A stretch of DNA of 64,000 nt from Schmidtea polychroa (GCA_044892525.1 CM097887.1:81880397-81944396); one strand, 5' to 3'; shown: positions 30,101 to 46,097, counted from the first letter of the stretch. Notes: generated by a model from the letters alone, not told the origin. Translations and numbers: made by a program.

Positions 30101-33100
30101 TTTAATATAATAATTCTTTATATTGTTGCTGAGAATTGGAATTCAAATCATAATCTTACTAATAATCTTATAAAGATTCGTTAAAAATAATAAAATTATT
30201 ACTTCTAATGAAACTTCATTAGCTACTAAGCATATCTAAAAATGAATCCACTTTTTTGTCTAACAAATTTACTCGGTATTTATAAAAGGAAGAACGTATG
30301 GAATAATCAATTTATTCAATCTGCAACTTCAATGGAAATGGTATGTTTATTTTAATTTTATTTATCATATTAATTAATAATTTTCAAATAGAATTGCGAA
30401 TCGTAAACGCTTCGGCCTTTCAAATGAATGTGAGCTCAGTTAATGGAAATGCCCCAAATGGTAAATTTATTATTATTACTATCACAAGTTATTAATATTC
30501 TTTATCAAATTAATTTATTGGAGACAGGGCTGCTATCATAGAAAATGAATATGGTAAATTATTTATATTTTAATTAATAAAAATAAAAAATACATTCTAT
30601 AAAAACATTATTGTAGATGATGCACCGGTTTCCAATGGGGATGATATTATGAATTATGCCCTCATTTCTAATGGTGAAGATACGATTATAGTAGATGTAC
30701 CAATCTCAAGAATGACTATTCCATATTGAAGAATCTCTTGAAAAAAATGAAACCAATAACTTGCTAAATTAATAGAATTTTAATCGAAAAAATCAAGAGT
30801 GATGATTTCAATTCTCACCAAAGGCAATTCGAGAATGACCGTTCAATTTTAAACATTCTCTTGAAAAAGAATGAAACCAATAACTTGACATATTAATAAA
30901 ATTTTAATCTAGTAAACCAGGGGTCGTGAGTTCAATTCTCACCAAAGGCAATTCGAGAATGACAGTTCCATTTTCAACATTCAATGTGAAAAACGATCTC
31001 TCAAGTGCAGAAATTTCAAGAATGGCTGTTCCAAGTTGAGCATTCTCAGAAAAGAAAAGAATTTGTTATCTTAATAAAATTTTGATCTAGTAAACTCGGG
31101 TCGTGAGTTCAATTCTCACCGAAGGCAATTTTTCTTAAATAAATTTTATCACATCAACATTAATTTTGTCTTGCCCGTTTTTGTTTCAAGTATTAAAAGA
31201 ATTCCAACAAAAAATCCTATTGATTTTGTCGGTACAGAATGCCACTTTATACATTTAAATAGAAATTTCTCAAATTGCAAGCAAGAATTATCAAGATGAG
31301 GCAATCGCCTCCAAGTAAATTACCGAATAATTCCAATCTTAAATTACCGATTTCTGGATTACGCATTAACAAAATTGCAAAATCGTCAATATTGTATTTG
31401 TTGAAATGTCAGATTCAACAATCGCAAGCCATTTTGGACCTTATTTCAAAAAGACTCTGAAGAACCTTCCATTCTGGAACCGATTGAACCAATTGAAGAC
31501 ATACCAGAAGATTCGATAAAATTCTCAAAAGAAAAGATACCACTATGCCTTTCTACTGTGCCTTTTTCAATTGAAGAAAGATTTCAGATTCTTGAGAAGA
31601 CTATTGAATCTGTATGTGGTAGGATTGATTTGATTTTTAATTCCTTAAATGACAGTAATAAAAATATTATTAAAGAGATATTGATATGATATTGATTCTC
31701 CTTTGGATTCTTATTCTAAAAATGATGATTTTAAAATAACAAAATTTACTAAATTATCTAATTTTAATAATATTGTTGATACTAAAAATACTTTAGTTGT
31801 AGGTTCAAAAACAAATATTAAAATTAATCCTGTTAATTTGTCAAACAAATTAACTAGATATTTATCAAAAAAGAACGTGTGGAATTAAGCAACTTTTATT
31901 GATATATCAACAAGAATTGATAATTTGCAAAAGAGTTTCAATGAAATTAGTGGTAAGTTGGATTTTATTGTTACTCTGCAAACAATGGTTTTATGAAATT
32001 TAATAATAATATTTCTTTAATATAATAATTCTTTATATTGTTGCTGAGAATTGGAATTCAAATCATAATCTTACTAATAATCTTATAAAGATTCGTTAAA
32101 AATAATAAAATTATTACTTCTAATGAAACTTCATTAGCTACTAAGCATATCTAAAAATGAATCCACTTTTTTGTCTAACAAATTTACTCGGTATTTATAA
32201 AAGGAAGAACGTATGGAATAATCAATTTATTCAATCTGCAACTTCAATGGAAATGGTATGTTTATTTTAATTTTATTTATCATATTAATTAATAATTTTC
32301 AAATAGAATTGCGAATCGTAAACGCTTCGGCCTTTCAAATGAATGTGAGCTCAGTTAATGGAAATGCCCCAAATGGTAAATTTATTATTATTACTATCAC
32401 AAGTTATTAATATTCTTTATCAAATTAATTTATTGGAGACAGGGCTGCTATCATAGAAAATGAATATGGTAAATTATTTATATTTTAATTAATAAAAATA
32501 AAAAATACATTCTATAAAAACATTATTGTAGATGATGCACCGGTTTCCAATGGGGATGATATTATGAATTATGCCCTCATTTCTAATGGTGAAGATACGA
32601 TTATAGTAGATGTACCAATCTCAAGAATGACTATTCCATATTGAAGAATCTCTTGAAAAAAATGAAACCAATAACTTGCTAAATTAATAGAATTTTAATC
32701 GAAAAAATCAAGAGTGATGATTTCAATTCTCACCAAAGGCAATTCGAGAATGACCGTTCAATTTTAAACATTCTCTTGAAAAAGAATGAAACCAATAACT
32801 TGACATATTAATAAAATTTTAATCTAGTAAACCAGGGGTCGTGAGTTCAATTCTCACCAAAGGCAATTCGAGAATGACAGTTCCATTTTCAACATTCAAT
32901 GTGAAAAACGATCTCTCAAGTGCAGAAATTTCAAGAATGGCTGTTCCAAGTTGAGCATTCTCAGAAAAGAAAAGAATTTGTTATCTTAATAAAATTTTGA
33001 TCTAGTAAACTCGGGTCGTGAGTTCAATTCTCACCGAAGGCAATTTTTCTTAAATAAATTTTATCACATCAACATTAATTTTGTCTTGCCCGTTTTTGTT

Positions 33101-36100
33101 TCAAGTATTAAAAGAATTCCAACAAAAAATCCTATTGATTTTGTCGGTACAGAATGCCACTTTATACATTTAAATAGAAATTTCTCAAATTGCAAGCAAG
33201 AATTATCAAGATGAGGCAATCGCCTCCAAGTAAATTACCGAATAATTCCAATCTTAAATTACCGATTTCTGGATTACGCATTAACAAAATTGCAAAATCG
33301 TCAATATTGTATTTGTTGAAATGTCAGATTCAACAATCGCAAGCCATTTTGGACCTTATTTCAAAAAGACTCTGAAGAACCTTCCATTCTGGAACCGATT
33401 GAACCAATTGAAGACATACCAGAAGATTCGATAAAATTCTCAAAAGAAAAGATACCACTATGCCTTTCTACTGTGCCTTTTTCAATTGAAGAAAGATTTC
33501 AGATTCTTGAGAAGACTATTGAATCTGTATGTGGTAGGATTGATTTGATTTTTAATTCCTTAAATGACAGTAATAAAAATATTATTAAAAAGAAATTGAT
33601 ATGATATTGATTCTCCTTTGGATTCTTATTCTAAAAATGATGATTTTAAAATAACAAAATTTACTAAATTATCTAATTTTAATAATATTGTTGATACTAT
33701 AAATACTTTAGTTGTAGGTTCAAAAACAAATATTAAAATTAATCCTGTTAATTTGTCAAACAAATTAACTAGATATTTATCAAAAAAGAACGTGTGGAAT
33801 TAAGCAACTTTTATTGATATATCAACAAGAATTGATAATTTGCAAAAGAGTTTCAATGAAATTAGTGGTAAGTTGGATTTTATTGTTACTCTGCAAACAA
33901 TGGTTTTATGAAATTTAATAATAATATTTCTTTAATATAATAATTCTTTATATTGTTGCTGAGAATTGGAATTCAAATCATAATCTTACTAATAATCTTA
34001 TAAAGATTCGTTAAAAATAATAAAATTATTACTTCTAATGAAACTTCATTAGCTACTAAGCATATCTAAAAATGAATCCACTTTTTTGTCTAACAAATTT
34101 ACTCGGTATTTATAAAAGGAAGAACGTATGGAATAATCAATTTATTCAATCTGCAACTTCAATGGAAATGGTATGTTTATTTTAATTTTATTTATCATAT
34201 TAATTAATAATTTTCAAATAGAATTGCGAATCGTAAACGCTTCGGCCTTTCAAATGAATGTGAGCTCAGTTAATGGAAATGCCCCAAATGGTAAATTTAT
34301 TATTATTACTATCACAAGTTATTAATATTCTTTATCAAATTAATTTATTGGAGACAGGGCTGCTATCATAGAAAATGAATATGGTAAATTATTTATATTT
34401 TAATTAATAAAAATAAAAAATACATTCTATAAAAACATTATTGTAGATGATGCACCGGTTTCCAATGGGGATGATATTATGAATTATGCCCTCATTTCTA
34501 ATGGTGAAGATACGATTATAGTAGATGTACCAATCTCAAGAATGACTATTCCATATTGAAGAATCTCTTGAAAAAAATGAAACCAATAACTTGCTAAATT
34601 AATAGAATTTTAATCGAAAAAATCAAGAGTGATGATTTCAATTCTCACCAAAGGCAATTCGAGAATGACCGTTCAATTTTAAACATTCTCTTGAAAAAGA
34701 ATGAAACCAATAACTTGACATATTAATAAAATTTTAATCTAGTAAACCAGGGGTCGTGAGTTCAATTCTCACCAAAGGCAATTCGAGAATGACAGTTCCA
34801 TTTTCAACATTCAATGTGAAAAACGATCTCTCAAGTGCAGAAATTTCAAGAATGGCTGTTCCAAGTTGAGCATTCTCAGAAAAGAAAAGAATTTGTTATC
34901 TTAATAAAATTTTGATCTAGTAAACTCGGGTCGTGAGTTCAATTCTCACCGAAGGCAATTTTTCTTAAATAAATTTTATCACATCAACATTAATTTTGTC
35001 TTGCCCGTTTTTGTTTCAAGTATTAAAAGAATTCCAACAAAAAATCCTATTGATTTTGTCGGTACAGAATGCCACTTTATACATTTAAATAGAAATTTCT
35101 CAAATTGCAAGCAAGAATTATCAAGATGAGGCAATCGCCTCCAAGTAAATTACCGAATAATTCCAATCTTAAATTACCGATTTCTGGATTACGCATTAAC
35201 AAAATTGCAAAATCGTCAATATTGTATTTGTTGAAATGTCAGATTCAACAATCGCAAGCCATTTTGGACCTTATTTCAAAAAGACTCTGAAGAACCTTCC
35301 ATTCTGGAACCGATTGAACCAATTGAAGACATACCAGAAGATTCGATAAAATTCTCAAAAGAAAAGATACCACTATGCCTTTCTACTGTGCCTTTTTCAA
35401 TTGAAGAAAGATTTCAGATTCTTGAGAAGACTATTGAATCTGTATGTGGTAGGATTGATTTGATTTTTAATTCCTTAAATGACAGTAATAAAAATATTAT
35501 TAAAAAGAAATTGATATGATATTGATTCTCCTTTGGATTCTTATTCTAAAAATGATGATTTTAAAATAACAAAATTTACTAAATTATCTAATTTTAATAA
35601 TATTGTTGATACTATAAATACTTTAGTTGTAGGTTCAAAAACAAATATTAAAATTAATCCTGTTAATTTGTCAAACAAATTAACTAGATATTTATCAAAA
35701 AAGAACGTGTGGAATTAAGCAACTTTTATTGATATATCAACAAGAATTGATAATTTGCAAAAGAGTTTCAATGAAATTAGTGGTAAGTTGGATTTTATTG
35801 TTACTCTGCAAACAATGGTTTTATGAAATTTAATAATAATATTTCTTTAATATAATAATTCTTTATATTGTTGCTGAGAATTGGAATTCAAATCATAATC
35901 TTACTAATAATCTTATAAAGATTCGTTAAAAATAATAAAATTATTACTTCTAATGAAACTTCATTAGCTACTAAGCATATCTAAAAATGAATCCACTTTT
36001 TTGTCTAACAAATTTACTCGGTATTTATAAAAGGAAGAACGTATGGAATAATCAATTTATTCAATCTGCAACTTCAATGGAAATGGTATGTTTATTTTAA

Positions 36101-39100
36101 TTTTATTTATCATATTAATTAATAATTTTCAAATAGAATTGCGAATCGTAAACGCTTCGGCCTTTCAAATGAATGTGAGCTCAGTTAATGGAAATGCCCC
36201 AAATGGTAAATTTATTATTATTACTATCACAAGTTATTAATATTCTTTATCAAATTAATTTATTGGAGACAGGGCTGCTATCATAGAAAATGAATATGGT
36301 AAATTATTTATATTTTAATTAATAAAAATAAAAAATACATTCTATAAAAACATTATTGTAGATGATGCACCGGTTTCCAATGGGGATGATATTATGAATT
36401 ATGCCCTCATTTCTAATGGTGAAGATACGATTATAGTAGATGTACCAATCTCAAGAATGACTATTCCATATTGAAGAATCTCTTGAAAAAAATGAAACCA
36501 ATAACTTGCTAAATTAATAGAATTTTAATCGAAAAAATCAAGAGTGATGATTTCAATTCTCACCAAAGGCAATTCGAGAATGACCGTTCAATTTTAAACA
36601 TTCTCTTGAAAAAGAATGAAACCAATAACTTGACATATTAATAAAATTTTAATCTAGTAAACCAGGGGTCGTGAGTTCAATTCTCACCAAAGGCAATTCG
36701 AGAATGACAGTTCCATTTTCAACATTCAATGTGAAAAACGATCTCTCAAGTGCAGAAATTTCAAGAATGGCTGTTCCAAGTTGAGCATTCTCAGAAAAGA
36801 AAAGAATTTGTTATCTTAATAAAATTTTGATCTAGTAAACTCGGGTCGTGAGTTCAATTCTCACCGAAGGCAATTTTTCTTAAATAAATTTTATCACATC
36901 AACATTAATTTTGTCTTGCCCGTTTTTGTTTCAAGTATTAAAAGAATTCCAACAAAAAATCCTATTGATTTTGTCGGTACAGAATGCCACTTTATACATT
37001 TAAATAGAAATTTCTCAAATTGCAAGCAAGAATTATCAAGATGAGGCAATCGCCTCCAAGTAAATTACCGAATAATTCCAATCTTAAATTACCGATTTCT
37101 GGATTACGCATTAACAAAATTGCAAAATCGTCAATATTGTATTTGTTGAAATGTCAGATTCAACAATCGCAAGCCATTTTGGACCTTATTTCAAAAAGAC
37201 TCTGAAGAACCTTCCATTCTGGAACCGATTGAACCAATTGAAGACATACCAGAAGATTCGATAAAATTCTCAAAAGAAAAGATACCACTATGCCTTTCTA
37301 CTGTGCCTTTTTCAATTGAAGAAAGATTTCAGATTCTTGAGAAGACTATTGAATCTGTATGTGGTAGGATTGATTTGATTTTTAATTCCTTAAATGACAG
37401 TAATAAAAATATTATTAAAAAGAAATTGATATGATATTGATTCTCCTTTGGATTCTTATTCTAAAAATGATGATTTTAAAATAACAAAATTTACTAAATT
37501 ATCTAATTTTAATAATATTGTTGATACTATAAATACTTTAGTTGTAGGTTCAAAAACAAATATTAAAATTAATCCTGTTAATTTGTCAAACAAATTAACT
37601 AGATATTTATCAAAAAAGAACGTGTGGAATTAAGCAACTTTTATTGATATATCAACAAGAATTGATAATTTGCAAAAGAGTTTCAATGAAATTAGTGGTA
37701 AGTTGGATTTTATTGTTACTCTGCAAACAATGGTTTTATGAAATTTAATAATAATATTTCTTTAATATAATAATTCTTTATATTGTTGCTGAGAATTGGA
37801 ATTCAAATCATAATCTTACTAATAATCTTATAAAGATTCGTTAAAAATAATAAAATTATTACTTCTAATGAAACTTCATTAGCTACTAAGCATATCTAAA
37901 AATGAATCCACTTTTTTGTCTAACAAATTTACTCGGTATTTATAAAAGGAAGAACGTATGGAATAATCAATTTATTCAATCTGCAACTTCAATGGAAATG
38001 GTATGTTTATTTTAATTTTATTTATCATATTAATTAATAATTTTCAAATAGAATTGCGAATCGTAAACGCTTCGGCCTTTCAAATGAATGTGAGCTCAGT
38101 TAATGGAAATGCCCCAAATGGTAAATTTATTATTATTACTATCACAAGTTATTAATATTCTTTATCAAATTAATTTATTGGAGACAGGGCTGCTATCATA
38201 GAAAATGAATATGGTAAATTATTTATATTTTAATTAATAAAAATAAAAAATACATTCTATAAAAACATTATTGTAGATGATGCACCGGTTTCCAATGGGG
38301 ATGATATTATGAATTATGCCCTCATTTCTAATGGTGAAGATACGATTATAGTAGATGTACCAATCTCAAGAATGACTATTCCATATTGAAGAATCTCTTG
38401 AAAAAAATGAAACCAATAACTTGCTAAATTAATAGAATTTTAATCGAAAAAATCAAGAGTGATGATTTCAATTCTCACCAAAGGCAATTCGAGAATGACC
38501 GTTCAATTTTAAACATTCTCTTGAAAAAGAATGAAACCAATAACTTGACATATTAATAAAATTTTAATCTAGTAAACCAGGGGTCGTGAGTTCAATTCTC
38601 ACCAAAGGCAATTCGAGAATGACAGTTCCATTTTCAACATTCAATGTGAAAAACGATCTCTCAAGTGCAGAAATTTCAAGAATGGCTGTTCCAAGTTGAG
38701 CATTCTCAGAAAAGAAAAGAATTTGTTATCTTAATAAAATTTTGATCTAGTAAACTCGGGTCGTGAGTTCAATTCTCACCGAAGGCAATTTTTCTTAAAT
38801 AAATTTTATCACATCAACATTAATTTTGTCTTGCCCGTTTTTGTTTCAAGTATTAAAAGAATTCCAACAAAAAATCCTATTGATTTTGTCGGTACAGAAT
38901 GCCACTTTATACATTTAAATAGAAATTTCTCAAATTGCAAGCAAGAATTATCAAGATGAGGCAATCGCCTCCAAGTAAATTACCGAATAATTCCAATCTT
39001 AAATTACCGATTTCTGGATTACGCATTAACAAAATTGCAAAATCGTCAATATTGTATTTGTTGAAATGTCAGATTCAACAATCGCAAGCCATTTTGGACC

Positions 39101-42100
39101 TTATTTCAAAAAGACTCTGAAGAACCTTCCATTCTGGAACCGATTGAACCAATTGAAGACATACCAGAAGATTCGATAAAATTCTCAAAAGAAAAGATAC
39201 CACTATGCCTTTCTACTGTGCCTTTTTCAATTGAAGAAAGATTTCAGATTCTTGAGAAGACTATTGAATCTGTATGTGGTAGGATTGATTTGATTTTTAA
39301 TTCCTTAAATGACAGTAATAAAAATATTATTAAAGAGATATTGATATGATATTGATTCTCCTTTGGATTCTTATTCTAAAAATGATGATTTTAAAATAAC
39401 AAAATTTACTAAATTATCTAATTTTAATAATATTGTTGATACTAAAAATACTTTAGTTGTAGGTTCAAAAACAAATATTAAAATTAATCCTGTTAATTTG
39501 TCAAACAAATTAACTAGATATTTATCAAAAAAGAACGTGTGGAATTAAGCAACTTTTATTGATATATCAACAAGAATTGATAATTTGCAAAAGAGTTTCA
39601 ATGAAATTAGTGGTAAGTTGGATTTTATTGTTACTCTGCAAACAATGGTTTTATGAAATTTAATAATAATATTTCTTTAATATAATAATTCTTTATATTG
39701 TTGCTGAGAATTGGAATTCAAATCATAATCTTACTAATAATCTTATAAAGATTCGTTAAAAATAATAAAATTATTACTTCTAATGAAACTTCATTAGCTA
39801 CTAAGCATATCTAAAAATGAATCCACTTTTTTGTCTAACAAATTTACTCGGTATTTATAAAAGGAAGAACGTATGGAATAATCAATTTATTCAATCTGCA
39901 ACTTCAATGGAAATGGTATGTTTATTTTAATTTTATTTATCATATTAATTAATAATTTTCAAATAGAATTGCGAATCGTAAACGCTTCGGCCTTTCAAAT
40001 GAATGTGAGCTCAGTTAATGGAAATGCCCCAAATGGTAAATTTATTATTATTACTATCACAAGTTATTAATATTCTTTATCAAATTAATTTATTGGAGAC
40101 AGGGCTGCTATCATAGAAAATGAATATGGTAAATTATTTATATTTTAATTAATAAAAATAAAAAATACATTCTATAAAAACATTATTGTAGATGATGCAC
40201 CGGTTTCCAATGGGGATGATATTATGAATTATGCCCTCATTTCTAATGGTGAAGATACGATTATAGTAGATGTACCAATCTCAAGAATGACTATTCCATA
40301 TTGAAGAATCTCTTGAAAAAAATGAAACCAATAACTTGCTAAATTAATAGAATTTTAATCGAAAAAATCAAGAGTGATGATTTCAATTCTCACCAAAGGC
40401 AATTCGAGAATGACCGTTCAATTTTAAACATTCTCTTGAAAAAGAATGAAACCAATAACTTGACATATTAATAAAATTTTAATCTAGTAAACCAGGGGTC
40501 GTGAGTTCAATTCTCACCAAAGGCAATTCGAGAATGACAGTTCCATTTTCAACATTCAATGTGAAAAACGATCTCTCAAGTGCAGAAATTTCAAGAATGG
40601 CTGTTCCAAGTTGAGCATTCTCAGAAAAGAAAAGAATTTGTTATCTTAATAAAATTTTGATCTAGTAAACTCGGGTCGTGAGTTCAATTCTCACCGAAGG
40701 CAATTTTTCTTAAATAAATTTTATCACATCAACATTAATTTTGTCTTGCCCGTTTTTGTTTCAAGTATTAAAAGAATTCCAACAAAAAATCCTATTGATT
40801 TTGTCGGTACAGAATGCCACTTTATACATTTAAATAGAAATTTCTCAAATTGCAAGCAAGAATTATCAAGATGAGGCAATCGCCTCCAAGTAAATTACCG
40901 AATAATTCCAATCTTAAATTACCGATTTCTGGATTACGCATTAACAAAATTGCAAAATCGTCAATATTGTATTTGTTGAAATGTCAGATTCAACAATCGC
41001 AAGCCATTTTGGACCTTATTTCAAAAAGACTCTGAAGAACCTTCCATTCTGGAACCGATTGAACCAATTGAAGACATACCAGAAGATTCGATAAAATTCT
41101 CAAAAGAAAAGATACCACTATGCCTTTCTACTGTGCCTTTTTCAATTGAAGAAAGATTTCAGATTCTTGAGAAGACTATTGAATCTGTATGTGGTAGGAT
41201 TGATTTGATTTTTAATTCCTTAAATGACAGTAATAAAAATATTATTAAAAAGAAATTGATATGATATTGATTCTCCTTTGGATTCTTATTCTAAAAATGA
41301 TGATTTTAAAATAACAAAATTTACTAAATTATCTAATTTTAATAATATTGTTGATACTAAAAATACTTTAGTTGTAGGTTCAAAAACAAATATTAAAATT
41401 AATCCTGTTAATTTGTCAAACAAATTAACTAGATATTTATCAAAAAAGAACGTGTGGAATTAAGCAACTTTTATTGATATATCAACAAGAATTGATAATT
41501 TGCAAAAGAGTTTCAATGAAATTAGTGGTAAGTTGGATTTTATTGTTACTCTGCAAACAATGGTTTTATGAAATTTAATAATAATATTTCTTTAATATAA
41601 TAATTCTTTATATTGTTGCTGAGAATTGGAATTCAAATCATAATCTTACTAATAATCTTATAAAGATTCGTTAAAAATAATAAAATTATTACTTCTAATG
41701 AAACTTCATTAGCTACTAAGCATATCTAAAAATGAATCCACTTTTTTGTCTAACAAATTTACTCGGTATTTATAAAAGGAAGAACGTATGGAATAATCAA
41801 TTTATTCAATCTGCAACTTCAATGGAAATGGTATGTTTATTTTAATTTTATTTATCATATTAATTAATAATTTTCAAATAGAATTGCGAATCGTAAACGC
41901 TTCGGCCTTTCAAATGAATGTGAGCTCAGTTAATGGAAATGCCCCAAATGGTAAATTTATTATTATTACTATCACAAGTTATTAATATTCTTTATCAAAT
42001 TAATTTATTGGAGACAGGGCTGCTATCATAGAAAATGAATATGGTAAATTATTTATATTTTAATTAATAAAAATAAAAAATACATTCTATAAAAACATTA

Positions 42101-45100
42101 TTGTAGATGATGCACCGGTTTCCAATGGGGATGATATTATGAATTATGCCCTCATTTCTAATGGTGAAGATACGATTATAGTAGATGTACCAATCTCAAG
42201 AATGACTATTCCATATTGAAGAATCTCTTGAAAAAAATGAAACCAATAACTTGCTAAATTAATAGAATTTTAATCGAAAAAATCAAGAGTGATGATTTCA
42301 ATTCTCACCAAAGGCAATTCGAGAATGACCGTTCAATTTTAAACATTCTCTTGAAAAAGAATGAAACCAATAACTTGACATATTAATAAAATTTTAATCT
42401 AGTAAACCAGGGGTCGTGAGTTCAATTCTCACCAAAGGCAATTCGAGAATGACAGTTCCATTTTCAACATTCAATGTGAAAAACGATCTCTCAAGTGCAG
42501 AAATTTCAAGAATGGCTGTTCCAAGTTGAGCATTCTCAGAAAAGAAAAGAATTTGTTATCTTAATAAAATTTTGATCTAGTAAACTCAGGTCGTGAGTTC
42601 AATTCTCACCGAAGGCAATTTTTCTTAAATAAATTTTATCACATCAACATTAATTTTGTCTTGCCCGTTTTTGTTTCAAGTATTAAAAGAATTCCAACAA
42701 AAAATCCTATTGATTTTGTCGGTACAGAATGCCACTTTATACATTTAAATAGAAATTTCTCAAATTGCAAGCAAGAATTATCAAGATGAGGCAATCGCCT
42801 CCAAGTAAATTACCGAATAATTCCAATCTTAAATTACCGATTTCTGGATTACGCATTAACAAAATTGCAAAATCGTCAATATTGTATTTGTTGAAATGTC
42901 AGATTCAACAATCGCAAGCCATTTTGGACCTTATTTCAAAAAGACTCTGAAGAACCTTCCATTCTGGAACCGATTGAACCAATTGAAGACATACCAGAAG
43001 ATTCGATAAAATTCTCAAAAGAAAAGATACCACTATGCCTTTCTACTGTGCCTTTTTCAATTGAAGAAAGATTTCAGATTCTTGAGAAGACTATTGAATC
43101 TGTATGTGGTAGGATTGATTTGATTTTTAATTCCTTAAATGACAGTAATAAAAATATTATTAAAAAGAAATTGATATGATATTGATTCTCCTTTGGATTC
43201 TTATTCTAAAAATGATGATTTTAAAATAACAAAATTTACTAAATTATCTAATTTTAATAATATTGTTGATACTAAAAATACTTTAGTTGTAGGTTCAAAA
43301 ACAAATATTAAAATTAATCCTGTTAATTTGTCAAACAAATTAACTAGATATTTATCAAAAAAGAACGTGTGGAATTAAGCAACTTTTATTGATATATCAA
43401 CAAGAATTGATAATTTGCAAAAGAGTTTCAATGAAATTAGTGGTAAGTTGGATTTTATTGTTACTCTGCAAACAATGGTTTTATGAAATTTAATAATAAT
43501 ATTTCTTTAATATAATAATTCTTTATATTGTTGCTGAGAATTGGAATTCAAATCATAATCTTACTAATAATCTTATAAAGATTCGTTAAAAATAATAAAA
43601 TTATTACTTCTAATGAAACTTCATTAGCTACTAAGCATATCTAAAAATGAATCCACTTTTTTGTCTAACAAATTTACTCGGTATTTATAAAAGGAAGAAC
43701 GTATGGAATAATCAATTTATTCAATCTGCAACTTCAATGGAAATGGTATGTTTATTTTAATTTTATTTATCATATTAATTAATAATTTTCAAATAGAATT
43801 GCGAATCGTAAACGCTTCGGCCTTTCAAATGAATGTGAGCTCAGTTAATGGAAATGCCCCAAATGGTAAATTTATTATTATTACTATCACAAGTTATTAA
43901 TATTCTTTATCAAATTAATTTATTGGAGACAGGGCTGCTATCATAGAAAATGAATATGGTAAATTATTTATATTTTAATTAATAAAAATAAAAAATACAT
44001 TCTATAAAAACATTATTGTAGATGATGCACCGGTTTCCAATGGGGATGATATTATGAATTATGCCCTCATTTCTAATGGTGAAGATACGATTATAGTAGA
44101 TGTACCAATCTCAAGAATGACTATTCCATATTGAAGAATCTCTTGAAAAAAATGAAACCAATAACTTGCTAAATTAATAGAATTTTAATCGAAAAAATCA
44201 AGAGTGATGATTTCAATTCTCACCAAAGGCAATTCGAGAATGACCGTTCAATTTTAAACATTCTCTTGAAAAAGAATGAAACCAATAACTTGACATATTA
44301 ATAAAATTTTAATCTAGTAAACCAGGGGTCGTGAGTTCAATTCTCACCAAAGGCAATTCGAGAATGACAGTTCCATTTTCAACATTCAATGTGAAAAACG
44401 ATCTCTCAAGTGCAGAAATTTCAAGAATGGCTGTTCCAAGTTGAGCATTCTCAGAAAAGAAAAGAAAAAAATTTGTTATCTTAATAAAATTTTGATCTAG
44501 TAAACTCGGGTCGTGAGTTCAATTCTCACCGAAGGCAATTTTTCTTAAATAAATTTTATCACATCAACATTAATTTTGTCTTGCCCGTTTTTGTTTCAAG
44601 TATTAAAAGAATTCCAACAAAAAATCCTATTGATTTTGTCGGTACAGAATGCCACTTTATACATTTAAATAGAAATTTCTCAAATTGCAAGCAAGAATTA
44701 TCAAGATGAGGCAATCGCCTCCAAGTGAATTACCGAATAATTCCAATCTTAAATTACCGATTTCTGGATTACGCATTAACAAAATTGCAAAATCGTCAAT
44801 ATTGTATTAGTTGAAATGTCAGATTCAACAATCGCAAGCCATTTTGGACCTTATTTCAAAAAGACTCTGAAGAACCTTCCATTCTGGAACCGATTGAACC
44901 AATTGAAGACATACCAGAAGATTCGATAAAATTCTCAAAAGAAAAGATACCACTATGCCTTTCTACTGTGCCTTTTTCAATTGAAGAAAGATTTCAGATT
45001 CTTGAGAAGACTATTGAATCTGTATGTGGTAGGATTGATTTGATTTTTAATTCCTTAAATGACAGTAATAAAAATATTATTAAAGAGATATTGATATGAT

Positions 45101-45476
45101 ATTGATTCTCCTTTGGATTCTTATTTTAAAAATGATGATTTTAAAATAACAAAATTTACTAAATTATCTAATTTTAATAATATTGTTGATACTAAAAATA
45201 TTTTAGTTGTAGGTTCAAAAACAAATATTAAAATTAATCCTGTTAATTTGTCAAACAAATTAACTAGATATTTATCAAAAAAGAACGTGTGGAATTAAGC
45301 AACTTTTATTGATATATCAACAAGAATTGATAATTTGCAAAAGAGTTTCAATGAAATTAGTGGTAAGTTGGATTTTATTGTTACTCTGTAAACAATGGTT
45401 TTATGAAATTTAATAATAATATTTCTTTAATATAATAATTCTTTATATTGTTGCTGAGAATTGGAATTCAAATCAT

Positions 45477-45590
45477 AAAAATACTGGCACCCTGTCAAAA
45501 TAGCCCAAGAATGAAGCTGCCAAGTCGGTGGCGGAGATGCGGAGACGTGCTGCTGAAGGCCTGGAGAAACCTCGCCAGATAATTCAACAT
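45477..45590 (+). other. Templated filler: duplicated MULE left end fused to an internal transposase segment
   Basis: 45486-45509 copies the element left end; 45508-45589 is identical to 46291-46372. Confidence 0.88.
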
Positions 45591-45599
45591 AATCTTACT

Positions 45600-45725
45600 G
45601 GCACCCCGTCAAAATAGCCCAAGACAAAATAGCCCGTCAAAATAGCCCCGTCAAAATAGCCCCGTCAAAATAGCCTGCCCACAAAACAGCCCAAGTTAAA
45701 ATTGCCCCGTCAAAATAGCCCCATC
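45600..45725 (+). repeat. Subterminal ~14-bp repeats (GTCAAAATAGCCC) at the MULE left end
   Basis: About 8-9 imperfect direct copies on the left versus about 2 inverted copies on the right. Confidence 0.85.
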
Positions 45726-46097
45726 AAAATGGCAAAATAAAAAAAATCCAAAAGTGGCTGGGCTGATGACGATTGTGATGCCACAATCAAGTCACGTAGG
45801 TACCTTTAAAAGTGCGATACCTTCATAAATGTGCGTTCAAAATTTTTTTTAATGTGTATTTATTTATTTTTTTATACAAAAAAACGGTTACTTTTAAGAT
45901 TTTTTTTTAGTTTTAACACAAAAGACGGTTACAACTTGTGTAAGTATAATAATTATAAATGCTGGCACGCATAATTAGCATTATTATTTAATTAATTAAT
46001 TCGCCATTTAAATCGAGTGTTTAAATAATACCAGATTTAGGCAATAATTTGTATTTGTATTTTAATTTAATAAATATTTAAAAAATAATCATTAATT

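Noticed and set aside
25530-44684. 61-aa ORFs (MQARII.., MDSYSK..) as genes
   Set aside because: TTG-started fragments of decayed ORF1-like sequence, repeated only because the unit is repeated.
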